From: Camelus ferus
Lineage: Eukaryota
Direction of reading: 5' to 3'
Length of the DNA: 64,000 nt
Assembly (NCBI RefSeq): GCF_009834535.1
Contig: NC_045696.1
Location: forward strand, 18,168,001 to 18,232,000
Shown: positions 1 to 11,550 of the stretch, one piece after another
Layout: every line of letters starts with the position of its first letter
Numbering within the stretch: position 1 is the stretch's first letter
Notes under the pieces: model-generated
Seen by the model: only the letters and a program-made list of their open reading frames with translations
Databases searched by the model: none
Told to the model about the DNA's origin: nothing
Translations under genes and position numbers: made by a program

Positions 1-364
1 ATTTGGCATTTATAAAAACAAAATGAATTTTTAAAAACCATAATTTTTGAAAAAGATTTCCCTAGTTCTATTAAAACATTGTTAAATTATTCAAGTACGA
101 GATAAAAAATATTTTCAGTTTTACAAGAGCTTTCATGTAACTAGTAAAATATGTAAACTCTCACTTCTTAAATTATATTTGAAATATGTTCTTTTCTTTT
201 TTCAAAAGTTATTTGTTACTTAAATACAAATGAAAAAAAGTAACGAAACGATATATGACAATGCTATTTATGTGCATGAATTAATTTCTTAAAATATTGG
301 TGACTAAAGTGGGTAGAAGAGCTTAAGTAACGTTAGATTCCCAATGTTAGATCCCCATTGTAGA

Positions 365-575
365 TAATAATGCCTGTCACTATTTATAGGGAACCTATTC
401 CAGATTAGGAACTTTTCATGAAGTTCTTAAACTCTTTATACATACATATGACTTTTTTTTTATTTTACAGATGAATAGGATCAACTATAATGGATAAAGT
501 CAATTACCCAAGATCACACAGTTTAAAAATTCAGGAAATTTGATTTCAATATGCTGCTGGTATAACCATCCGTTA
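365..575 (-). mobile_element. MIR SINE remnant
   Basis: 'ttttacagatgaatagg...aagtcaattacccaagatcacacag' matches the reverse-strand MIR core (ttttacagatgaggaaact...aagtaacttgcccaaggtcacacag); boundaries approximate. Confidence 0.7.
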
Positions 576-1256
576 TTCAACTGACTTGCATCAGATTGCA
601 AATCAGTTCTTTTATTAGTCATTGGACAGACTTCCAATTTCTTCTCAGAGAGTAGAGAGCTTACAAGAGTGTTGTTCTTATCCACACAAGGAAAGAGGTA
701 CTACAGGCTACACATGCTTGCCTTTTTTTGATCCTATTGGACAAAGTAAGGTTACAGCAGGGGAAAGAAGACTCAGTATATAGAGGAAGACAAGTACTTG
801 CTATGCAAATTGAGACATAACTTGATTGTATGGGGAACACACAATAGTACAGAGTTCACATAATTCAGTAAGGGCTATTTTATTTTATTGTATTGTATTT
901 ATGAATGGATGGGAAATACACGTGTATTGACAAAAAAATCACACGCAACCCTTATGGCATACTGGTGTTAGAGGATACTATATCAACTTACAGATTTTTT
1001 TTTTCTTAATAAACTCCACCATGTGCTAACAAAAAATGATTAACAAGTGCCCTAAGAAAATTTCACTTACAGTTCAAACATAGGGAAGAGGAAGAGCAGC
1101 ACCTGCGTGAGAAGCATAGTAACTATAATTAGATGCTTTTCTTCCAGTACTCTGTGGAATAGAAAGCTCAGTCTGCAGAGAGAGACCAACAAATAGTGTT
1201 TAAATTATGACGCTGGTGAAGAGGCATTTAAGTTGGGGAAAAGGGGTCCGGGACTG

Positions 1257-1263
1257 ACACACA

Positions 1264-1302
<39 letters not shown>

Positions 1303-1322
1303 GCACGCACGCGCGCGCGCAC
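1257..1322. repeat. Compound (CA)n-(CACG)n-(CG)n microsatellite
   Basis: Directly visible; uninterrupted purine-pyrimidine alternation 1267-1322. Confidence 0.97.
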
Positions 1323-1696
1323 TGACATACACACTCTCCACGCCCCAGAGGAGGGGCAGGACTACATACTGGGCTCTGCACTTCCGTCAGTGGAGGTGCT
1401 GCCACGCTGAGAAAGCCACCCCTGCAAGACCCAGGGGCATGGTGCCTGCCTAACATGGAAATTTAAACAAAGCAGTCACTTTTATACTGCTCCCCTCACT
1501 AACGGACTAACTGGTGCAAATAACATATAACAGCAAAATATTTCGGGATAAGAGATGGAAAAGGGATGTGCGTGAAAAAGAGATCCACACTAGGGCACAG
1601 CATAAAAGAAACAGTCTAACGCTGAGAGTGGTGTAGACATCGGAAACACCTTCTGGAAAAGCCAGACTCTACCTAAAGACAAGGTTATAACAAGCA

Positions 1697-1898
1697 CAAT
1701 AATTCTCAACTGTAGGTCACTTTACCCTATCCCAGGGGATGTTTAGCAATATCTAGGGACAATTTTTTTTGTAATGACTGGCATCTAACATCTAGAAACC
1801 AGCACTGCTGCCAAACATCTTACAAGATAAAGGAAATCTCCCCATAAAAATATTTACCTAATCAAAAATGTGAGTGCTGCCAGAGTTGAGAAATACTG
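1697..1898 (+). mobile_element. MER20 (hAT-Charlie) DNA transposon relic
   Basis: 'ttctcaac...ccaggggatgtttagcaatatctagggaca...ctggcatcta...ctgctgccaaacatcttacaa...aaaatgtgagtgctgccagagttgagaaatactg' follows MER20 consensus end to end. Confidence 0.88.
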
Positions 1899-3090
1899 AA
1901 ATAGAATAGTTTTAAGTTTTGTGCCATGAGGGGAAGCATAGTAAAAACAAACTTTAAACCCAGTGCAATGTCTAATAGTTTAATTCAAACTCCCAAAATA
2001 AAGGCTTAGCATTAACACCCACTATCTGTCTCATCCTGTAGTGTGTTATACAGCGTGTCTGACTTTCAACAGAAAAAATTCCAACACACAAAAAGCCAAG
2101 AAAAAATAATATTACTAAGAGCAAAAACAACCATTAGAAACAAACTCAGGTATGGCAGGTGTGTAACTATCTGCCAGGGAATTCTAAATAACTATGATGG
2201 ATTTGTTAAGGAATCGAGTGGAAAAGATGACAAAAATATAAGATCATGGGAGTAAGTTCGTAAGAGGGGATGAAAAAGAAACCGTTAGAGAAAGTCAAAT
2301 ACAAATGCCATAGAAGGAAAATGCAGTAACAGAGCTGAAGAATGCCTCTGATGTCTTCGCCAATAGACCCATCACAGCTGAGGAAATAATCAGATAACTT
2401 GAAGATGAAACAGTAGAAATTATTCAAACTAAAACACGAGGAAAAAGAAGAGAAAAGAGCATTCAGATATTGTCAGGCATTATCAAATGCTCTAACTTAT
2501 GTATGACTTGAATTTCATAGGGAGAAGAGAACAAGGAAGATGTAATATTTAAAGAAAAAAGTTTTTTTTTTAATTAATGACATTCAGCCGCATATTCAGT
2601 AAGCTCAGAGAACACCAAATAGGGAAAACACAAAACAAAACAAACAGAAACAAAAACCAAACAAAATAAAGCAAACAAAGGGAAAACAAAACCAACAAAC
2701 AACAGCAAAAATTACCTAGGCACATCTTAATCAACCTAATGGGAAAAAAACTCAATAAAAAGCAGCTGCAAGACAGAAAAAAAATTTAGAGCAGATGTGT
2801 TGTCAAATTTCATGCAAGTTAGAAGGCAGCAGAAAGAAAAACTTTGAAGTGCTGTGAGGTAAACCAAAAAACCAAAAAAATTAACAAAAATCTATCAACT
2901 CAAATCAGTTATGTGTAGTAAATTACATCTTTCAAAAAATAAAAAACACAAAAATTTCTTTAAACAAAAACTGAGGAAATTCACAACCAGCAGATGTACT
3001 ATACGAGGTAGTAAAAGAAGTCCTTAAAGCAGAGGAAAGATAAAATCATATAGAAACTGGATTCTATATAAAGAGATAAAAAGCTTTGGA

Positions 3091-3233
3091 TCTTGTATTA
3101 TACAGCATGGGGAATATAGCCAATATTTTGTAATAACTCTAAACGGAAAGTAATCTTTAAAAATTCTATTGAAAGAAAATAAATATAAAAATAAAATAAA
3201 AATATCTATACATAAAGTAAAAAAAAAAAAAGA
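3091..3233 (+). mobile_element. 5'-truncated L1 3' end with A-tail, inserted in the older L1
   Basis: 'tacagcatggggaatatagccaatattttgtaataactctaaacgga' is an L1 3'UTR terminus; A-tail; degenerate TSD aaaaagctttgga / aaagacccttgga. Confidence 0.75.
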
Positions 3234-3794
3234 AAGACCCTTGGAATCAATAAAATAAAATAAGAGAAAATTACATTTTCTTATTTTTCATTGCTGCTGA
3301 GAAAAGTGACTACAATAACAGAAATAATAGGAATGTATTGCATTTTGTAGTTTATGTAAGAATAAAATGAGGCAAAAATAGAACAAATAATAAGAACGAG
3401 CAATTGATAATAGTTACAATGTCCTTATGCTGCACATAAAGTGGTGTAATATTTGAAAATAGACTTTGAATAATTGATGTGGAAGTTGTATATTGTCAAC
3501 CTTAACAATACCACTGAAATGATTTTGCAGGAGTTGTAAATACTGAATGGAATATGGAAAAATAATTATGCATGTAATCATTTAAAATTTAAAATTTTAT
3601 TTTAGAGGATTAAAACAGATCATGAATTAAAGATAATTTTAAACAGGCACTACTTCATTGAATTTTTCAAGAAAAATAAAACCACTAAGGGCAAAAGGAA
3701 AAAGAAGGGTTACCCCTAGAAGCATGAGGGCTGAATAGAAAGGAATTTGGGTTTTGCTCATGTGTCAATAAACTCCAGTCTTTCAAGATCGACA

Positions 3795-3970
3795 CAGTCG
3801 TCCCTCAGTATCCCTGGGGATTAGTTTCAGGAGCATCTCCCCCAATCAAAACCTGGGAATGCGCGAGCCCTTTACATAAAATGGTCCAGGACAAGGAATA
3901 CATTCAGCCTTCAGTATCCATGTGTTTCTAATGCAAGGATTCGAAACCCACTGATAGTGACAACAGACTG
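3795..3970 (+). mobile_element. MER2-like (TcMar-Tigger) MITE, internally deleted
   Basis: Ends 'cagtcgtccctcagtatcc' and 'gaaacccactgatagtgacaacagactg' match MER2 termini; middle shortened. Confidence 0.8.
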
Positions 3971-4679
3971 TTCAATTCTTATAGAAAAGGTAGAGGAAAC
4001 GAGGTTAGTAAAGATTCTGTGGAATTGTTAATTCTCTATGTCTACAGATTACCAAAGAAGTTAATGACATGAGTGGAGATTACACATTCTGATATCTGTT
4101 TGGAAAGCTGTGGAAATGCTTTTGGTTCTTTTTAATGCCATGATAATATTTAGGACAGCCAGTTACCACAAACTGATTTTAGGATTTTGTTGCTTCTGTT
4201 GTTCCATGAAAATAAAATTGAAAATAGCAAACGTGTGCAAAGTTACTAGTTAAGAATAAAAATTTTATTGAATCACCCAAATTACACTCCCCAGTCCTTT
4301 TCAAGCCTTGTGCTGTTTCTGTTTTTCCTGTACTCTCTACCCCTGCCTCTTTGTAGGTCCTTTTGTCTCTTGTTTTCTTTCTCTCACATACGCTCAAAAA
4401 CTACATATGCATACATTGCATATAATACAATGCACCAATAATTAGGTCTGTCTTATTAATTAAATTAAGCTATATTTAAGCAATGGGTAATTATGAATGC
4501 CCTGATATGGAAAGATATACAGGATATAGTATTAAGAGTTAAAAGAGTCTGCAGAGCATCACTTCTTTTAGAAAGAAAATATATTCAATAATCTCTAGAA
4601 TAATTCAAAGATGTATTTCACGTAATATGATTTGATGGGTTTCATGTAGAGCTTTCATTTGAAACAAGGTCGTTTGATT

Positions 4680-4780
4680 GTAGAGCCGTATTTAGACCTA
4701 CTGACCTGGGTGGAATTCAGGAATCTGTGTTTTAATTCTCTAGGTGGTTACAATACATATTAAATTTTGAGAAGTGCTGC
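4680..4780. mobile_element. MER5-like hAT fragment
   Basis: 'agacctactga...caggaatctgtgttttaa...ctctaggtggtt...ttttgagaagtgctg' resembles a MER5A terminal half. Confidence 0.55.
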
Positions 4781-5644
4781 TTTTATGACCTGTTATTACA
4801 GAAGAGAAATCAAGTGCCAGGCTTAATATCATTTGATTAGAGGTGACCACTGCCCTGTTCACACCCTGCAAAATGTAGATCACTTATTTTATCTTCAATT
4901 TGGTATAGTATATTTAGGAATATCCCTTGGGTTTGGCCTAGAGTTGGGTATGAGGTGTGGTGGGGGTTTGAGACTGAACTCATTCTAATTTGGGTGCAGA
5001 GGAGAAATACAGTGTCACTGTCTTTTATTCCTGTCCATAGTTAGGCCTTTGCATTCTGAGCACAGAACCCCTCCAAGGAATGTATTTATGCTATTAAGCT
5101 GTGTTAGGCTGTGTTAGCTATGTTAGTCTTTTAGTTTCTCAATTGTTTCATCCATCCAGACATACTTATCCTCTTTCCATCATTCAGGATTTTGTGTAAG
5201 TCTCATCCACTGGGGACTCTCCTTACCATCTTCTCTTTCACATACACTGAAAGCAATATACACACATTTTTGACACAGTATTATTATACATTACACATTG
5301 CATTCTTATTCCACATCCACCTGCCTGTTTATTTCTTTTAATATTTTTCTATCTTTGGGCCATGATAAGGATTGTATTCCCACATTACTAGCTCCTTGTC
5401 ATGGAACAGAACAAAATGGCATGGGGCAGAGGAAAACTCCTCTTTCTTCTTTTTCCAAAACTGTGCAATTCTCTGGAATAGGAGATTATAATTTAATGAC
5501 TGTGTGAAAAGTCCATCTTTAAAATGAAGTCAAATAAGTACTATGTCCATTTAAGATGGTGATTGCAAAACAGCTAATTAGTATGGTGCCCCATTTTCCA
5601 CTTACCTGTTTACGGATGAAGTGTTAGTGACTAAACTGAATCTC

Positions 5645-5997
5645 TGCGTTAGTCTGTTTGGGCTGCTGTAACAAAATGTCAAAGACATGTAAACAACACA
5701 AGTTTCTTCTTCATAGTTCTAGAAGCTGAGAGGTCTAGGACTACAGTGCCAGCAGATCCAATGTTTGGTAAAGGGCCACTTCTTGGCTTCAGACAGAACC
5801 TTTTCGCTGTGTCCTCACATAGCAGGAGTTGAGGGCTGTCTGTAGGGTTTCCTTTACAGACACTAATCCCATTCATGGGGGCTCCACCTTCATGACCTAA
5901 GCAACTCCCAAAGGTCCCCCCTCCTAATATGGTAATCTTTGGGGTTAGGACATCAGCTTATGAACTTCGGGGAGACATAAAAATTCAGACCATTATA
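5645..5997 (-). mobile_element. MLT1A-type MaLR solo LTR
   Basis: 'ttagtctgtttgggctgctgtaacaaaat...cactaatcccattcatgggggctccaccttcatgaccta...ctcccaaagg...attcagaccat' is the reverse complement of MLT1A0. Confidence 0.9.
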
Positions 5998-7263
5998 AGT
6001 CTCAATGCTGAATTTTAGTTTTCCTATGAAAATAATAGACATGGAAATAAATACAAAGAAAATTCTATGTTTATTTGGCTTTGATTTAGTAAGTCTGAAA
6101 AACAAATGCTTACAGAATTATGGCAATAGTTACAATAGTTGTGGTGTTTAAGAAAGCAATTGTAAGTGGCTCCCAAATGGAGCAGCTCATGGACTTGTAC
6201 ACACATTGTGCTTCATACCATCAGGTTTATTGCTGGCCTTATTCTGAAAGCTATGGTTGCATATTTTTAAAGACAAATCATCCATGGAGTAGAATACACA
6301 ATTTTAAAATGTACAATAAGAAGTCTTCATAAAAATATGGAGTTTTTGCTCAGAAAACCATTTTTCAATAAGTATAACTATTGGATATATTTAAACATGT
6401 ACTTAAACATTGGTTTGCATATGTATAGACAAAATTATCCTAGATGAGTAAATTTGCTGTTCAAGAAATGCAGAGAAATACATACTAAAACTAATCAAAC
6501 AAGCAAATAAACCAACAATCAAAAAGGATTGGCTTGAGGGAAAGATTTCAATTCTGTAAACATGTATTTATTTACTATTTGCAAGAGGTTTACCATCTGA
6601 TTGATATTTCTTTCTTTCTTTCTTCTGATTTTGCTCTGTAGAAATTCAACCCCTTCACCAAAAGAAAAAAAAAAAACTGTATTTGATCAAAAGAGACTTT
6701 ATGCTTGCACAAGAAAGAAGTAAAAATACATCCAGATATATTTTGAATTTGTGAACTAATGACTACAAATATAATGAAAGCAATAAAATTATGTTATTAA
6801 ATTCAAGTATTTGTTTAAAGTGGATATTACTTTTACTTAATGCATTTTTGTCAATTAAAGCAAGGTTTTTAAACATGCAACTTAGAACTAGTTTGACACA
6901 ATGGTTACAGGTTAATCACTGAGCTAATCAACAGGATTTTCAAATTAAAATCTGGTAAATAGTGAAATGCAATTAAGGGATTTTTTTTTTTTAGAGAGTG
7001 TTTATAACATAATTTCTTTAAGTGAACACGTGAGAATTGGAAGAATTTAGGAATTCTTTGCTGTGTGACTTAATTTGAACTCTTACACCAGCACTTAGGA
7101 GTAAATTATAGCTTTCATAATTATTCTGAACATTTTCAGGTGATAGAAGATAAGAAACTATTTTACTTATGGAAACAATATCATCATTTCCTGAAAGATG
7201 TCATTCTTTCATGAGGAGATAATGAAAGCCCTTCTTCATGGTGATTCAAATATCCCTTAAAGG

Positions 7264-7299
7264 TAGCTAGCTAGCTAGCTAGCTAACTAACAGTTAGTT
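7264..7299. repeat. (AGCT)5 self-complementary repeat followed by a 7-bp inverted repeat
   Basis: tagctagctagctagctagcta then aactaac-a-gttagtt. Confidence 0.9.
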
Positions 7300-7679
7300 C
7301 AAATCTAATACTGAAACTAAATATTCAAGTTCACAGTAAGAATCAATGAAGATATCTGATTATTTGTAATGATGAGGTCAGAAACAATGTCTTTTTCTTC
7401 AAAAGATATGCTATAGTGAGTTACAAAAATACTGGAATTACATGTTTATTATTGAATCACATGATACAATGAAAGGAGGGTTTTAAGTGACATTAAGTTC
7501 ATATATCCTTGTATTTGGCCCAATATGGGGAACATATTTTACTATGAAATATGCAGAAAGAAGAATATATATAATACTAATGTACAATTTAAAGAACAAT
7601 GATTAAATAAATACCACTGTAGTAATTTCACGTTGCTGAAACGAATCCAACTTGGAAATGATGTATTATTATTTCTGGC

Positions 7680-8620
7680 ATCACTTGGTATAGTTTAATT
7701 TTGTTCAGGATATATTTTATTTTCAAGAGATATTGCCTGCTAAAAATTAATAAGCACACATACAAACTTCTGTTACCAAAAGAATCACCAGAAAACAATG
7801 AAGTTGTTTACCAACAGGATAACAAAACGGAATGGAAAGGATAAAGGAAAATTGACATTCCTCTAAGTATACCTTCTTTAATTATTGAAAGCACAATAAT
7901 GTCCCACATCATTAAATATATAAACTTTAATCAGTTAAAATTGGAAGAATAAACAACAAAAGAAGCCAAAACCCACTAAAACAAATAAACATAGTTTTAT
8001 TTCAAATCAATACTATAACCGCACCAAAGCCTAGGGTAAGGTATTTAACCATACACTGTAAAAAAAAAAAAGATTAAAGAAGACAGTTTAGGTGATACAA
8101 GCAAATTTTATTTAACATTTCATGAAGCAGATAGTCTCAGAGAACTACAAAATGAGGTGGAAGGCAGGAAGATTTATAGGATGAAGAATAAAGAAAAAGG
8201 AAGAGAAAAACTAAAAATATCTGATTGGCTGGGGCCACACAGTCAACCCTGTTTGGGGTGAGAAGGCCCAGAGCTGGCTTGGTGTTTGGGGACTGGCTGA
8301 CTGGATACTCTGTGTTTCTGGTCAAGGGGAGCATTCACAGGGATGCAAAAATTCTCTGAGTTTTGATTTGCTGATATGGCACCCCAGGCAGGAGTGGCTC
8401 CATCTTGGGCCTAGACAGTTATTTCTACACTATTGGGTCTTGAACAGGTCTTTGGGAGGTGGTTCAAAAAAAAAATGGCAAAAGGTAGCCCAAACTTGTT
8501 TTTTATCAATTTAATTATTGTAATGATATAGTAAAATAATTCTGAAACTGTTTTATATGTATATTAAGAATCCAAATGAAATATAGTGAAATTGCAGGTA
8601 TCAGTGTAAACACATCTTTC
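7680..8620 (+). mobile_element. Old L1 (L1MC/L1MD-like) 3' region, split by an LTR
   Basis: 'gaagttgtttacc...', 'ataattctgaaactgttttatatgtata' are typical of old L1 3' ends; boundaries approximate. Confidence 0.5.
8057..8429 (-). mobile_element. ERV1-class solo LTR
   Basis: TG...CA ends (tgtaaa...ttctaca); minus-strand AATAAA (tttatt about 8108), CCAAT (gattggc) and 'aagatggagccactcc...atcagcaaatcaaaactcag' U3-type motif. Confidence 0.8.
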
Positions 8621-8639
8621 TACAATGTGTAGATACATG

Positions 8640-9320
8640 AGGTATGTTTTAGTATTTTGTAAATTCCTTTTTCCTCTTGTTTGAGATTTTCTGAGATTAT
8701 TGCCTATGTGGTTGAAAGTCTTTCATTACTTTTGGAAAATTTTCAGTCATTATCTTTTCAAATCTTTTCTCCTGCTGTTTTCTTTCTGTCTTCTCCCATT
8801 TGAATGCCAAGTTCAACTATGTTGGGCCATTAGATATTCTCTCAAAACTGGTCTTTTTTTGTTCTGTGTTGTTTTCTTCATTTCTGTGTTTTTTTCCTTC
8901 TTGGGTTTCACCTGAAATAATTTTAATTAAACTCTGTTTTTGCATGTATTGCTCATTCCTGGGTTGTGTTTAGCCTAATAATGAACATAATAAACATACT
9001 ATTAATTTTTGTCACTTTTTTTTATTTCTAGTATTTGCTTTTGACTTTATTGCATAATTTTCATTTATCTTGTGAGAACCCACATCTGTTCATTAAATGT
9101 GTCCACCTTTTTCTTTTAGAAACCTGGACATATTAATAATCCATACTTTAAATTTCTTTCTGAGAGTCTGGGTCATAACTTGTTCTGTTTACAGTTTTGT
9201 CACTTCACAGTGAATTGTTTTGTACTTGCCTTTTTATCTGTCTCATTGTCTAGCATGTAGACACTAGAGGAAAATTAGAGGTGGAGGAAAATAGCACTGT
9301 ATGTCTAGAAATGGACAAGC
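8640..9320 (-). mobile_element. L1ME-like ORF1 remnant
   Basis: T-rich; 'ttttggaaaattttcagtcattatcttttcaaat' diagnostic antisense L1M ORF1 segment. Confidence 0.7.
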
Positions 9321-9339
9321 ATCTTCTCAGTTTACCTAT

Positions 9340-10060
9340 TAAGATAAATTCCCAGTAAATAATTTACAAACAGATACCAGTTGTAGAGTTATGCATAATC
9401 TTCAAATAATTATTATAAACTGATAAGAGAAAGACTTATAAAATAGGAGCAAAAGTATGTGGTTCAACTTGCAAATCTATAGATTTTCAAATCCAAATCT
9501 ATATAAGGATGCTAAAATTCACTGATATTAAGAAAGAAAATTAAATAGATAAGGAAGTAACAACCTCATAAAAGTGATTTAAAAAATAAAATGAAGGGCT
9601 AAAAGTCCCACTGCTGTGGAGTCTATAACAAAAAAGATTTACTATAAGATGTTTGGAGGAAATGCCAAGTGTATTTCCTTTGGAAAATCAATTTAGCAAT
9701 TTCTTCTAAAACTCAAAATACCCAAAGCCTTTGACCTAGAAATCACACTTTTGAGAATTTATTATTTAAAAAATTTAAAGTTTAATACTTAAAAATATGT
9801 ATCTAAAGGTATTTATTGCATAAAAGCTTGCAATGTCATAAAAGTCGTCAATATATTGTATGCGAATGACTGACTAAATTATGGTTTAACCACACAGTGG
9901 AATATCATGCAGTAATTTCAAGAATGAATTAGGTCAGTATCAATTGACTTTTAATGGTTTATACAAAATATTTCATAGTTAGAAATGTCTGATATGATAA
10001 ATTATATCTAAAAGCTCATTTAAAAATACTTCATGATTTGATTTGACTGTGTGCATATTT
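9340..10060 (+). mobile_element. L1ME 3' region
   Basis: 'cctttggaaaatcaatttagcaat...ctttgacctagaaatcacacttttgagaatttat...aaattatggt...cacacagtggaatatcatgcagt'. Confidence 0.7.
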
Positions 10061-10066
10061 ATACAT

Positions 10067-10449
10067 TGTTTTGGATTGAATTGTTACACTCTCAAAAATT
10101 CATGTGTTGAAGACCCAACTTCCAACAGGACTGTATTTGGAGATAGGGCCTTTAAAGAAGCAGTTCATATTTAATGAAATCTAAGGGTAGGACTCTAATT
10201 CAATATGAGTGGTGTCCTTCCAAGAAAAGGAAAAGACTCCTGGAGTGCACAGGTACAGAGAAAAGACAGTGTGAGAACACAGTGATAAGGTAGTCATCTG
10301 TGAAAACAAGGGAGGCCTCAGGAGAAATCAAATCTGCCAACACCTTGATCTTGGACTTCCAGCCTCCAGAACCATGGGGAATAAATTTCTGTTATTTAAG
10401 ACACACAGTTTGTGGTATTTTGTGATGGCAGCCCTAGCCAACTAATACA
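10067..10449 (+). mobile_element. MLT1B MaLR solo LTR
   Basis: TG..CA ends; 'gtatttggagatagggcctttaaag...ctgccaacaccttgatcttggacttccagcctccagaac...aataaatttctgtt...ggcagccctagc..actaataca'; 5-bp TSD tacat/taaat. Confidence 0.93.
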
Positions 10450-10639
10450 TAAATGCACATACACCTATTTGGAAAAGTAAATATTAATTTTAAAAATATG
10501 AAAGAGTAAGAACTACTTTATTAACTTGAGGTGACTCACAGTACTTTAGGGATGAGTGTCATGTAGATAAGAAAGGAGTGTATTCATATAAAAAGAATAT
10601 TAACTCTGTGGTATGCTAGTAATCATATTTACATAAAAT

Positions 10640-10830
10640 TATGTGTAAATCATGTGTATTTCTAACATTATATATCATAAATAAAATATATGTATAGTTA
10701 TTTTTATATGGATATATTTTACACATGTATATTTTCTTTATATATTTATATATATTCTTTATACATATGTATTTCTTTATATATGATATACAAATAATTT
10801 TATGTATTGCATAAATCTATATGGATCATA
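10640..10830. repeat. TA-rich low-complexity tract
   Basis: Degenerate (TA)n visible. Confidence 0.7.
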
Positions 10831-11309
10831 GAGTAACATACTCAAAAGTATTACTATCATGTTAGACTTTAATTTTAGCTTGACTTAAAAAATCTTTCTG
10901 CAAATTCTTCACAGCATCAAAAGTCTCCAATTTATATCAGGATCCCTGTGTGTAGCACTGTGTCTGGCATATAATAAGCATTCTGTAAAAAGGTTTTTAA
11001 ACTTAGTAAACAACTGAATGAGTAAACAAATGGGCACATAAATGTAAGTGATGTATCAGTGATCCTAGCACAGTGACTATCTATCTACTTACATGTTTAG
11101 TATTTATGTATTTATGTAAAGATCTCCACTATTGACTACAGACTCCAATACAAACTTCTTATCTTATATTACATGGTTCTTTAAGAATCTGACCTTAACA
11201 TGTTCTTCTAGTTCTTTCTTGCCTCATGAATGCTAATAACCAAAAATATGCTTTTCAATGTATCGATTACCATCGTGATCTTTTTCATCCCCCATTGCAG
11301 TGTCTAAGC

Positions 11310-11550
11310 AATGTAACAGTGTGGTTTAGAAGGCAGGCTCAGATGTTAACCAGTGTTTGAATTCTGGATCTACACATAATAGCTCTATGACTTAGGGGAG
11401 TCATTTAATCCCAGGCCTCAGCTCCTTTAATTAAAAATGAAATAATAGTAACTATGCCCCTCATAATGTTGGAGATATTGAGTATGATAAGAAATGCAAA
11501 ATGTTTACAGTAACAACTGCAACATTGTACACACCTAATATATTTATTTA
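11310..11550 (+). mobile_element. MIR SINE
   Basis: 'gtgtggtttagaagg...tttgaattctggatct...tatgacttaggggagtcatttaatc...cctcagctcc...aaaatgaaataatagta'. Confidence 0.8.

Larger units (their letters stand above)
1030..3560 (+). mobile_element. Ancient L1 (L1M4/L1MEc-like) 5'UTR + degraded ORF1, interrupted by microsatellite, MER20 and a younger L1 tail
   Basis: 5'UTR-like 'gtgcctgcctaa...aaacccagtgcaatg...ggcttagca'; ORF1-like 'cacagctgaggaaataatcagataacttgaagat...gaaattattcaaact', 'gaaattcacaaccagcaga', 'gaaactggattctatataaag'; A-rich sense strand, many stops. Confidence 0.7.

Noticed and set aside
332..365. 14-bp tandem repeat (gttagattcccaat / gttagatccccatt) and similar short repeats near 5095 and 62367 as CRISPR-like or iteron arrays
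   Set aside because: Only 2-3 adjacent degenerate units with no spacers, in mammalian DNA; ordinary slippage
1205..1456. Cys/Val-rich ORF (also the His/Thr-rich ORFs at 49676-49922 and Ile/Tyr-rich ORFs at 50948-51158)
   Set aside because: Translations of (CA)n or (TA)n microsatellites
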